A DNA stretch of 61,731 nucleotides from Octopus bimaculoides (Eukaryota): NCBI RefSeq assembly GCF_001194135.2, contig NC_068982.1, forward strand, positions 121,944,550 through 122,006,280. Direction: 5' to 3'. A program made the position numbers and the translations under genes. This document shows, in pieces, positions 13,801 through 27,844 of this stretch (position 1 is its first letter; each line of letters starts with the position of its first letter). Below the pieces are notes generated by a model. That model did no database searches and was not told where the DNA came from. It saw only the letters and a program-made list of their open reading frames with translations.

Positions 13801-16800
13801 CTCCCTATATTTGGCTTCCTTGTATATAGATGTTTTTTTTAGAAATAAAGGCAAATATGTCATTTTGTCGTTGGCTGAATCATGAAAAGGGAAGCAAGAG
13901 AGAACTGCTATCATGAGATTGGAACTCAGATGTGTGTGTTCAATAGCTGATATAATAATTTGATATAAAATTAGATGATGTAATAATTGATATAAAATTA
14001 TCAAATACTTAAAAACTGCATCTCATCTTCATCATTTAATATCCATCTTCCATGCTGGCATGGGATGGACAGTTTGACAGGAGCTGGCAAACCACAAGAC
14101 AGCACAAAGCTCCATTATCTATTTTGGTATGGTTTCTATGGTTGGGTGCACTTCCTAGCACCAACCATTTTAAAGAGTGGAAAGGATGCTTTTTATGTGG
14201 CATCAGCACCAGCGAGGTCTGCTTTGACATGGTTTTTACAGCTGGATGCCCATCCAAATGCCAAACACTTTACATCTCATTATTATCATCATCATTGTTT
14301 TACATTCATTTTCCATGCTGGCATGGGTTGGACAGCTCAACTGGGGTCTGGGAAGCCAGGAGGCTGCACCAGCCTCCAGTCTGATCTGGCAGCGTTTCTA
14401 CAGTTGGATGTCCTTCCTAATGCCAACCACTCTGAGAGTGTAGTGGGTGCTTTTTACGTGCCACAAGCACAGGGGCCAGAGGGGGCTGGCAACGACCATG
14501 ATCGGTCGGTGCTTTTTACATGCCACCGGCACAGAAGTTAGTCAAGGCGGTACTGGCATCGATCATGTTCGGACGGTGCTTTTTATGTGCCACCTGCATG
14601 GGGATCACAACTACAATTTCCATTTGATTTAGAAGTTATAATTCAGTTTCAATGTTTGGAACTAACTTACCTTTCGCTTTCTTGACAGACTGTCCAATTC
14701 CAATTCATCGCCTTCAGCTTAAGAAATAAAAACACAATTAAAATACCCTGAACATTCTCATGTTCACATCAGTAACTTTTACACATCCTTTCTTATTATA
14801 CACATGCACATCCAACAGTTACTGAGTACATTCTTTGAAACAAAGCTAAACAATTGGTTGACATTTCAAGTCAGTAGATTTAACAACTACAACTACTGTC
14901 CTCAGACTATCACAGTTTTACCATATAAAGTAGCAGTTCTCAACCATTTTTTTTTTACTAATGGATCCCTTTAATTCCTATTTTACTTGGATGGGCCCTC
15001 AGAGTTGTTGAATGCTCAAAAAATTCTGTTATATATTTTTAATTAAATATTATTAGGAATTGTATAAAATAAGTGTTAAAATATTTGGCATATTGTATAA
15101 CCAATTTATTGCACACAAATCACCACTAAAATATCTCAACATTAAAACAGATTAGGATGGACAGAAATTACATTTTGTATGAATTTTGGTAAGTCTGACC
15201 AATTAATTCTTTCCACAGTCATAAGCTTTTTCTTATACAATGCACAGTTCATTTGAATATGAATTAAATATTCAATATTTTGTGTTTCAACAAGTCATCA
15301 ATCTGTAACAGTTGTTTCACACGTTCTCACAACAAAACAACACAGAGACACAGCTAAATTAAATGGATGCAAAATGAGAAAAGATACTCACAAAAAACAG
15401 TAGCATATGGACCATGAGTCAATGAAAATATGTTAATAGGTGTAAGATGTTTGGCTTTCAGGAATGGCTTCACAGCTCCATTATCTTCAACTAAAGTGTT
15501 GTCAGTATTTTCAGTACTGGCAGTAGCCATCTCTAGAAGGTAGTATTTGTAGACAAATGATTTTGGAGGAACATCCTCCACTTCGACAACCTTTAAGAGA
15601 AAATATTCATAATAAGATCATAATAAGATCATATTCTATTATATGATATACAAAATATTCTTTTATGTTAACATAATAAATCTTTTGTAACTAAATTTTG
15701 TAGAAAACACACCAAACTTTGATGAAGTTTGATAAGAAGATTCAATTGTACACATACCACAGCATATGAAGTCTGCTTGGGAACTCGAACATACAACTTG
15801 TGTTTCGAGAGTGACTCTAGGGCATGGCCAGCAAAGTTTATAAAGGGCAACTGGCGATGGCTGCTGGCAGGGAGCTGTTGGACAGACTTTTCACACCGCA
15901 GTAAAGCTAATTCTGATCTGGTTAAAAGAAAAGAAAAAAAAAAGTGAAAATGTTTTCTGAAATAATATTATTTCAAATATCAAACTTCAGGAAAAAAAAA
16001 AGCAAAAAAACTGTTCAAACTGTAACTGTAACAAACAAAAACAAATTAAAACATCTTTCTATTGTATTAACTCATAACAAAGTAAATAGTTAACTATCAC
16101 TGGGCACTAGTCTCATAGAGGGCAATTGTTGGAGAAAAAAAAACAAAATTGGTTGCACCGGAAATTAGTTAAAATATAATTTATCATAATGTGTTGATGA
16201 TGACTGCATGGTCAAGAAGTTTGCTTCTCAATCATGTGGCTCAATCCCACTGTGTGGCACCTTGGGCAAGTAACTTCTATTATAAGCCCAGACCAACCAA
16301 TTCCTTCTGAGGCAATCTGAAAGACGTGTGTGTGTGTAAGCTTTACCCACCTATACCTACTGACCGGTCTTCACACTCTCTTCTACTCACCTTCTCGTAC
16401 CTTCAGGATAGGTTCTGGTACCTCATCACCACCGTCTTTATCTCTCTCAAATCCCACATCAATTACTCTCATCCATTCTTATATAATGCAAAGTAACATT
16501 GTACCTCTTTCGAAGCAAGAAACCTGTTTAAGATACTTTAAATTTCAACATAAAAGTTGCCTTTCTACAAGACACCCACTCAGCTGAGAAGTAGCTTTAT
16601 GATAGGTCTTGCGAGTTACATGCCAACTTCACTGGTGCTGGTGCCATGAAAAAGGCACCCAGTACACTCTAAGTGGTTGGCATTAGGAAGGTCATCCAGT
16701 CACAGAAACCAGGAGCTCAACATAGTCCTTCAACCGAGGCCAGGATGGAAGATGGACATTAAATGATGATGGTGAAAAATTAAAGACAGTGTCCGCTCTA

Positions 16801-17358
16801 AGTAATTTGAACTTAGTGTAAACATCTGGTACAAGCCATTACAATTAATACTATGATATATAATTAGCATGAAACAGATTACTGACCATAATATTTGGAA
16901 CATACCTCAGTTTGGCAATTTGTTTATCAAGGTGTCTTCTTTCCCCATTAAGGTTTTCTTCAATTTCTTGAATGACAGGATGATCTGAAATAAAAGATGA
17001 TGAAAAACATATATATAGGAAATGACAAGAGACCGGGAGATGTGGCAATTTGCTGTACTTGATAAGAAGCATTATCTTAAGTAAAATTGCTGTCTTCCAC
17101 ACATACAGGCTTGTCCTCTCAGGTGTCAGTGCCACCTAAAAAGCACCCATGCTGGTGCTGCACAAATGCATCCGTGCCAGTGGCACGTAAAAAGCACCCA
17201 GCACATTCTGTTAAGTGGTTGGCATTAGGAAGGGCATAAAAATCATGCCACAACAAACAGTTGGAGTCTGGACAGCTCCCTGGTAGCTAGTTCCATGACA
17301 AACCGTCCAACCCAAGCTAGCATGGAAAGCAGAAGTTAAACAATAATGATGATGATAA

Positions 17359-17412
<54 letters not shown>

Positions 17413-20400
17413 TTTTACTTGTTTCAGTAATTTGACTGCGGCCATGCTGGAGCACCACCTTTTAGTCGAGCAAATCGACCCCAGGACTTATTCTTTGGAA
17501 GCCTAGTACTTATTCTATCGGTCTCTTTGCCGAACCGCTAAGTTATGGGGACGGAAACACATCACCATCGGTTGTCAAGTGATGCTGGGGAGACAAACAC
17601 AGACACACAAACATATACACACACATACACATATATATATATACATATATATACGACGGGCTTCTTTCAGTTTCCGTCTACCAAATCCACTCACAAGGCT
17701 TTGGTCGGCCTGAGGCTATAGTACAAGACACTTGCCCAAGGTGCCACGCAGTGGGAATGAACCCGGAACCATATATATATATTCAAATAGTAAGTATATA
17801 TATATATATATATATCATCATCATCATCATCATCATCCTCATCGTTTAACGTCCGCTTTCCATGCTAGCATGGGTTGGACGATTTGACTGAGGACTGGTG
17901 AAACCGGATGGTGTCTTTTATGTGCCACCCGCACAAGCCAGTCCAGGGGAACTGGCAACGATCTCACTCGAAAATCCTACGGGAGCCAGTCAGGCGGTAC
18001 TGGCAACGGCCACGCTCAAAATGGTAATATATATATATATATAAAAGAAGTTTAAAAAGGAACAAGAATAGAGCCTTAGTCATTAGAATCACCAACTTGT
18101 TTCTCAAATTTCTTTCATGTAGGCGAGAGGATTCAGAGTAGTTTCTCTTCGTCCAACACTAACTATTGTGAGTCATTCTCTGGATGCAGCCAAACTTTCT
18201 AACATCTCTTACAATTACAACTTACTATTATAATTACCATCCCTTTTCATTTAGTACACATCATCTGTTTTCAACTGGAACTATATAACAGAAAGCATAT
18301 TGAATGATATCAGACCAACATCCATAGGGGAATAGGTAGGTGTCAGATTTTACCTTCAGTCTGTTATAAGAATTTATCCATCCCAAAAGAATGAAACACA
18401 AAAGGGATCTAAATTCAGAACCCAGAAGTTTCAACGCGAATATTTTCAGTAATGGTTAACAATGATCTAAGGTCTTACTTGAGCAAGGTACTGATGTTAA
18501 GAATGTTCCTCGCTGGATATCAATAGCAACACGCAAAACTTCAGCAGAAGTGAATGGATTTAAGACTGGTACATGGAGAACAGCTGGAACATCTTTGATT
18601 TCACCTAAAAACGAGCAATAATAAATAAATGCTTTAAATACTATTATTTTTCAAATGCATGTCATATAGCATGATCAGGACAGAAATCATGATTACTATC
18701 ACTTCTAGGTTTCCTAAAAAACCTTTACTGACAATTTTATAGTTTTCATGCAATATTTTATCATTTATATTTCAATTTATTTAACCATTTAGTATTCAGA
18801 TTACTCTGTCTAATGTAATCCTTTTTTATTCACATTGTTTTGAATTGTTCCTAAATTATCTACTAGCTTAGAGATTTCAACAATGTAATAGATTATTTTT
18901 AGAATGACATTGTATGATGGGTGTGAAGGGCCAGATATGGCCAATTTAAATATAAAGCAAGTTGACTATTTTGGCTGGATATGGCCAGTTTAAATACTAA
19001 AGGGTTAAATAAAAATTTGCATTATGTAGATGTTCAGAAATTTCCAAAACATATAAAGCAGTATTAAGAACTATGTAACTGAAATTGACATCTTTGTTAC
19101 ATGAATGTGCATGCATGCATGTATTATGAATTTGTGAAAAGAAGGGCAGGGACAATAACCTTTTTCAGAGCTACTGAGATTTGTGGAAGGAAAGGAGGAA
19201 GTTATTTTCAAAAAGATCTGTTCCAAATGCTTGCAACAGAGGGGGCTACAGTTAAAGCACCCCAAGACCATATAATGGTGTTAAACCAAGTTTTAAGTTA
19301 ACTCTTGAGGCTTTAGTAGAAAACATTTTCACATGGTGCCATACAAGAATCCCCAAAACACTTGGTCACAAAGCAAACTTCCTAGCCACAGACATGTTAG
19401 CTATAGCAGACAATGGGAAGAGAGAGAATTTATAAGCTAGAATTCTAGACAAAAATATAATTTATAAAAAAACATTGGAAAGCAAAGTTTATTTTACAAA
19501 AGCATAATTTGAAAACAAAAATGAAAGGATTACTTACAGGGACCATCAACATACTTTTGAAGATCTTTAGCAAACTCCTGAAGAATAAAAAAAATATTGT
19601 GAAAAACAAGTCATTAATAGGAAACATCATATGAAGGGGTGCTGAAAAGTTCCTGGCTTTAAGGGTATCATGAAAGGCCTGCTTGGAGGCCCAACCTTCC
19701 AAGTTCTTTAACAGGGCTTAGAAAAACTGAAAGACTGCTGCAATAGATGTGTGAATCTGAGAGTGGAATATGTTGAATAAAATCATAATTAACTGATCCA
19801 CCTGTATTTTCTTTTACCTTAAGCCAGGGAGTTTTCAGCACTCGTGTGTGTATGTGTGTGTGTGAGAGAGAGAGAGAGAGAGTACAGATGCATGAATTTG
19901 CTAGTTATGTTCTAACATTATGAAAATCTGGGACACATGAAAAATTTTAATTCAACTTTTAAATGTTAGAAAGTTTCCAATTTAAGCAGGTTTTAACTGT
20001 AATAGTCTTCTTTCTTTGATGTTAGGTAAAATGCATTAATCTTTGACATAAAAGTTCTCAAGAACAATGCTCTAAAAGATGAAACATATGATGCAATTTT
20101 TGAAAAAAATACTTTGGACTAAAATAAATTCAGATAGTGAGTACCACCTTGGAGTAGCTTACTGTATGCAAAAGGGCAAATTTATCTTTTGACGATCTAA
20201 TTTATAAACCAGATTGCCTACATATCTCCATTCAGAATCAAAGACACAACAAGCATTTTAAGGCTATTTTACCAGCAAAAACAGGAGTTAATCTCCATTT
20301 TGCCCTCTTCACCATAACCACTCTACCCTTATTTCATCCCCATCTTTGTGGGTCTTCCTATTCATCTATTACCTTCCATAATCATTTTCAGCACTCCTCT

Positions 20401-23400
20401 CACCCAGTCACCTTCATCTTTCCTCAGCACATGACCAAGCCATTGCACCCCATTTTTCTTCATAACATCCATCACTGATTCTATTCCCATCATTATCGGT
20501 AATTCATTTTGCTTTCCTCTTGCAGAAGAACTTCACTTAGCTAGCAAATCATTTTCATATCTGTCCTGCCCTTCTAGGTTCATTACCTAAATCTCATGCC
20601 TAGAGATGCAAAGATATTTCAAACATAAATGTCAACGAAACAAAACTTTAACCACATTTAGTATGCCAATATATAAATTCACACCAATTGACAAAGACAA
20701 GTGTTACCTTATCTAAATTCATAAATATGGTGTTCAGACTTTATAAAAGAATTACTGATACATTAATTGCTGCAAAATGTTTAAACAGATACTCCTCTTC
20801 AAAGAAAATCTGAGACTCCTAACACTTTGAGAGAAAAATGATTAAAAAAAACACAGTTGTATAATGTAGGTATTAAAAAAAAATAATATGTTCAAATGAT
20901 AGGAATGAGCAAAATATACAGTAAAAAATTCTTTGGACAGGTAATTGTTGACATGAACAAAGACACAAAGAAGGTATCTAACATTGATGATGATGATCAT
21001 GATGGTGAGATTGGTAACTAAAAGTAAAAAGGACTTACCTTAAGTTTAGCATGAGTACGGACTTCAATTGTTTGAATGATGAGTTTCTCAATGGAGAGAT
21101 GTTCACTCTACAATGAAAGGTACAAAATATATAACACATTTCTTGTATATTTCAATTACAAAAACAGATGAAGCTTACACTATACACTTTAAGCTAACAA
21201 TTTTAGAATGTAGAAACAATCTGTATGAGTAATCCATTATGATGCTTTAGCAACATTTCTGCTACTTCTCAAAAATAAACACGGATTACAAACCATCTGT
21301 ATTGTACAAAGTAAAGCTATATTTTTTGTTTTAGTTAACTTACATCTAGAACATATGACAGCAAATTTGGATACACATGCATACATTACAGCAGATACAC
21401 TTACAAATTGAGAAAAGCTGAGTAATAACAATGATTATTGTAGGTTCTTAATGCCTGTCTATGTAGACCCACAACTTGACCTTCGAGAGTTACAGACTTA
21501 TAACATTTATCTAGTAATGATATTGTGAAAGCACAATGCCATTTTATAATAGAGAGCTGTTAAATTTATAGTGAATTTAACAGCTTGGTATATTATTAAA
21601 TAGTTAGAATGGCTTTTGGCTCAATGAACAGAACATCGGGTTCACAATCATGAGATAGTGAGTTCAGTTCCTGGACCAGGCTGTGTGTTGTGCTCCTGAG
21701 CAAGACACTTTATTTCATGTTGCTCCAGTTCACTCAGTTGTAGTAATGAGTTGCAATGTCACTGGTACCAAGCTGTATCGGCTTTTACCTTTCCCTTGGA
21801 TAACATCCTGCTGTGGAGAGGGGAGGTTTGTATGCATGTGCAACTGCTGGTCTTCCATAAATAACTTTGCCTGGACTTGTGCCTTGGAGCGTAACATTCT
21901 AGGTGCAATCCCATGGTCATTCATGACCGAAGTGGGTATTTACTCTTTACCCTAGAATGGTTATTGAATGATGTAGACACTTCTGTTTCAACATACAACC
22001 TCAGATCATGTCACCTGCTACACAAATACAACACTAAAACACTTCGAATTTATACAGTTAGTCTAGCTGCAATAAAGTAAAGACAAGTAGCTGTACAAAC
22101 GTTTCTCAGCCAACAATCAATGAAAGTCTTGATGTTATTTATTATATTCTATTTATTTATTTTTCAAGAGAGTTTGAAAAAGTATAACAGCTTGTATGTG
22201 ATTCAGCTACCAGGTTCAAGGTAAAGTCCTTTTTTATCCCCTAGAAACCATGAGCTTTCATAAAGTACAAAAAAGGAGCTTTGATAAAGTACAAAAAAAG
22301 TGGTGACATACATTGCATGCATACGTGTGTGTGTGTGTGTGTGTGAAGAGAAACAGAGATAGATATGTGAGGAGATTAAAGTAATATCCAATATTTATAT
22401 AGAAAAGCTTGTCTCTGATTCTTACCCTTATGGATAATCCTACTTTTCGAGCTTCCTCAACAGTCATGAGTGGAATGTGACTTATCTGTAACGGTTTACC
22501 TTCATCTTCTTCTGATACATGAACACTTAGTTTATAAACTAGTTAAAGAAATTTTAAAAGCAATTTGTCAACCATTTTAGCTAATTGGCATATTACTGGA
22601 CTGTTTAACAAATTTTAATGTTCACTTAAAATACTGGGACAAACATTTAATAACTGAAAAAAGTTACATTAACAAGACCTTAACCATAGCTGAGTGGTTG
22701 GTGTTAGGAAGGATATCCAGCTGTAAAAATCCTGCCAAAACAGTCACAGAAGCCTGGTGCAGGCTCCTGCCTGGCCAGCTCTTCTCAAACCGTCCCACCC
22801 ATGCCAGCATGAAGGCAGACATTAAACGATGATGATGATGATGGGATGGGACATAAACCACTGCTGTTTTTTAACTGGTGGTGTTTAAAAATGTGATTTT
22901 GTTTCTCATGTGATAGAGCCATATGACATACATATTTTGGGAAAGATGATTTTTTTTTTTTTAACTTCAAAATTGAAAATGGAGGAAAGTGAGATACATT
23001 TTCATGATTTGATACTCTTTTATGTCCAGAAAGGATAAAAGCACTGTACAAACAGCAAAAAATATGTGCACTTTATAGAGGTGTCATAGCTGAGAGGACT
23101 GTTCATAAGTAGTTCACTAAATTTAGGAGTAAAGATTTTAAACCAGGAAACTATGAATGTTCAGGCAGACCTACAACCATTGATGATGGCCAAACTGAAA
23201 TGCTAGTCTAAAATAACCCAGATCACATGACACAAGACATTGCAGAGATACTGCACATATTACATAAGATCATTATGAAGCATTTTAAAACACTTGGATA
23301 CATGAATCACAATGATGTTTGAGTGCCTCATAGTTTAATGGAAAAATTTCCAGCTGTGAATCTCAGTTTAAATGCAACAAAAAAAGCAACTCATCTTGAA

Positions 23401-24731
23401 AAATAACAACCACAGATGATAAAAAAATGGACTGTTTCCAATAATATGGAGCAAAAAGGATCCTGGAGAAAAGAGCCAGTCACTATCCAAAGAAGGAGCT
23501 ACTCTGTATCTAACAGGATTGGAAGGGCATTGTGTATTACAAGATCCTTCTGCAAAATCAGATGTTGAATTAAAATAATTATTGGTCCCAATTGGTGAAA
23601 AACATCCAGGACTGACAAATAGGAAGTACATTGTCTTCCTTCAAGTCAACACTAGACCTCATGTTTCTTTGCAGACCCAAAAGAAATTGGTACAGGTTGG
23701 TTTGGATGTCCTACCACACTCACCAGTGAATTATCATTTATTTATAATGTAAATGAATTACCATTTAACATGTTAAGAACTTTGTTATCAATTCTTTCAA
23801 TTTTAATAAAACTAATACCATGCTGAAAAGTTCAGATATTTGTAGGAATAGAGTGAGCAACACCAGAGAAGCCTGATTGTTGAAGTTAAGGTTGAAAAAA
23901 ACATGAAGGAATATAAAATGTAAATAGAGATGCCAAGTTAAAGTATGCCTATTAGTCAAACTAAAAGTTCTGTGAAAAGGAGTACAGTCTCAGGTGTGTG
24001 AATGAAATACAAAAATAGGTTATTTTTGTGGGGTTTGATAATTGTATTTTAGAAATAAATCTTTAACTATTTTAATATTTCATCAATGCCAATTATTATT
24101 TTACATCATCATCATTGTTTAACACCCGCTTTCCATGCTAGCATGGGTTGGACGATTTGACTGAGGACTGGTGAACCAGATGGCTACACCAGGCTCCAAT
24201 CTGATTTGGCAGAGTTTCTACAGCTGGATGCCCTTCCTAATGCCAACCACTCCGACTGTGAAATTCAAATAGAAGCATGAATGTTTTTGCAAGTTTTCTT
24301 CATATTCAAATTGCTAATCTAAAGACAGCAAAATTAGAATTAGAGGTTTATATTGAATTTATATTATTATTAATAATAATAATAATATTTAATAAAAAAA
24401 ATTAGTTCTTACCACTGCTATCTTTTTCTTTTTTAATTTGATCTCTGAAATAGATAGAGAAGTACTTTTAGTACAATTATAATTGCTGATTAACATTGAC
24501 TATTACCGAAGATGAAGGTATCTATAGCTCATTAATATAATCCAATATATAACTGGTACTTAGGTATAACTGTGCAGTTGAGAAGTTCACCAACCACATG
24601 GATCTGGATTTAGTCCCACTATGCCAAACATGGAAGTGTTTTCTATCAAAGCCTTGTCAGTGGATATGGTAGGTGCAAGTTAACAAGAAGCTCCTTGTAT
24701 GCATATGTGTATATTATATACATACACATGT

Positions 24732-24766
<35 letters not shown>

Positions 24767-27700
24767 TATATGTACACATATACATGTATGGTTAAGCAGG
24801 CTGAAACTTCTAAGTCATGGTCAGTATTATTCTAGCTAAAGAATAATACACATATATTCTTTTTCATTTCACATCCTTTCTTTTCCTTGCTTGCATGGAT
24901 TGGATGAATACATTATTTGAAGCATTGTTTTACAGTTGGATGCCTTTTTCTGAAGTTAACCCATACTTGTTTTTCAATTAAGGGAACACTTGTCCCACCT
25001 GACTTCAAAGGCATGAAATGCCCAAATGATTTGCTAACAATAAACACTAACACCTACCACTTTCATATAAGTGATTGCAGAAGTAAACAAACACACTTAT
25101 ATGACAGTCACCAAATTCACCCAGAAAGCTTTGATTGATCCACACAATTGGTCTAAACCTAAAAGCCACATGGCTGGGAAGTGTACTTCATACCTTCAAA
25201 GCCATGTGAAATAAGAGATGCCTTACTTGAAAAACAAGTATTAGTATCAGGAAAGACATCTTATTGTTAAACAAATATCTTAATAGCATTTTTATCCAAC
25301 CTGTGCTAGCATGAAAGAAATGGACATAAATAAAAACACACGAAAGATAAAGTTCACCCAACAAAATATTGAGAATAATGAGATAATCTACATCATACAG
25401 AATCTAACTCGGTTTTAAATCATTTAAGTTAGATTCATATATTGCATTTAAATATAAAACTGCCTTTATCAAGCAGAAATAAAAGTGTGAAAAATAATCT
25501 TACCTCCAGTAAGATACAACCAAACATTTCCCAGGTGTATACTCCTCTACTCGAACACTATCACCAAGCCGTTCTCTAACAAGGCGTTGAATCTTAACAG
25601 AGAAAAAATAAACACATTTATGTTACATAAACTGATGAGTATAAAATTTCATTAATATTTTAGAAGGTATATGAGTAAAGTCATTTAATCAAAATAGTTG
25701 ATACTTCTCAGTAGTTATATCTTTATCATTTACAGAAAGAGAAAACATTTTTACTGTAACTAGCTTAATTGTATTTAACATAAGTCTGGAACGAATTAAC
25801 AAACATTGATTTGAATGTGACATATACATATTTTTTGGAGTAAATGTAAGGGCTATAGCTGCATGCTACTCAAGATGTCGATGGGAAGTGCAATGACATT
25901 TTCTTGATATGAGTAGCATTTGTTTTCTTGCTTTTCAAAGAGATAAGACCTTCAATGAAAGATGCTTTTGAGATCCCTACTCATTGAATCAAAGAAGGTT
26001 TGGCATATAGTGTCTAGGTTGCATATGGTTGAGAATCATTTGGAAAGAATAAAGGACAATATCATCAACATATATGTAGGTATTGTAGTGAATCTAGAAT
26101 GGTAGAAGACAGACAGATTCAGAGGTGATTTGTCAAGTTTGAGCAGTAGGAAGTTGGATGCAAAGTGAGCAGTCACCTAAACTACTTCAAGGACTTAAAA
26201 AATTGAGTTTTTACCTAAAAGGAAAAGTTCAGTCAATTGCCCAGCTGTCAGAGATTGCTCAGGAATGAAACAAATGTGCTCCCAAGAGTAATTAGCATAA
26301 AACTGGCACAAGTTTGACCAGTTTGCTGAACTGAAGTGCAATAGGGTGTGGTGTGTGGATGCATACTAGGTGATTGCAATGAGGCAGTGGATGGATGATT
26401 TAATAGGTGTAGAAGTATTTATAGTTTGATAGAGATTAGGTAGGTGAAAGGACTCAAGGGTGTTTTCCTTATTTCAATGAAATATATATCAAATTTAAAT
26501 AACTGTATATACATACCTGTGAGTGCAATACTTCCAGTTGTAAAGACAAACAGAAGGAATCTTAAGAGATGACTTAAGGAAATATATCTAAAATTATTGT
26601 GAAAAATATAAAGGAAGATACTTTTGTAAATTTGTACATATAAGATACAAAACATCAATTAGCTTTGATAACAATTATGTTAGCATGGAAAAATAAATGC
26701 TAAAACATTAATGAGCTTAATGTCAAAGGCTCTCTTTCTAAAATAAAGAGAAGAGGGATGTTTTGCTTTAAAACAGTATGTTAAAGGTACTTAAATTAAT
26801 TCTCTAAGTATAAGAAAGGTAAAATAAGACAATTATAATCCAACAAGAGAATGCCTAGCTTTAAAGTTAGAGTGTACAGCAAATGCTCAATCTCTTTCAG
26901 ACTGGAGCTATGTACAAGCTCTTTTAGTAACTAATTTAAATGAATTGATTAATAATAATCTTCTCTCATAACAAAAAGAAAAACATTTCTTTTTCCTTCC
27001 AAAAACCCTGGGGTGAAAGTATTACTCATTTCTATTCACCAGAGATACTTAGTAATATATTCTAAATAGTTAACGAAATCAGTTTTTTTAAGTCAACAAG
27101 ATCTTTGGTTTCACATTACCAATTATGGCTGAAAGTATTTTCATAAAATATAGGACCAATAATGTATCCTCCATCTCATTTTATCTGTTACACTTTCTTC
27201 TGAAGTGATAATTCCACATTTGTCCAATCTCATACACGTGTGCCAGGGTAGATCATTCATCATCATTTAACGTCCATTTTCTATGCTGGCATGGGTTGAA
27301 CTGGCAAGCCAGGAAGCTGCACCAGGCTACAATCTGATCTGGCAAAGTTTCTACAGCTGGATGCTCTTCCTAACACCAACCACTCCGAAAGTGTAATGGG
27401 TGCTTTTTACATGCCACCAGCACGGGAACCAGTCAGGCAGCATGATGAGGATTTTATAATAAGTTGACCAAAATAAGAAAATCAATGTTTTGTATTTCAA
27501 ATTTTAAAGCACTACAAAAGCAATGCAGCAGAAATCATGATTTGATCAAGTCAAGATTAACCTGCTTAGACATGTTAAGAATAAATATGCAAATAATTGT
27601 TCCAGATCTTGATTTTCACAGTACAAATAACATTTTATCTTTTACTAAGGAGTGGCTGTGTGTTAAGTAGCTTGCTTACCAACCACACGATTCCAGGTTC

Positions 27701-27806
27701 AGTCCCACTGCATGGTACCACCTTGGGTAAGTGTCTGCTACTATAGCCGCAGGCTGGCCAAAACCTTGTGAGTGGATTTGGTAGACGGAAACAGAAAGAA
27801 GCACAT

Positions 27807-27844
<38 letters not shown>

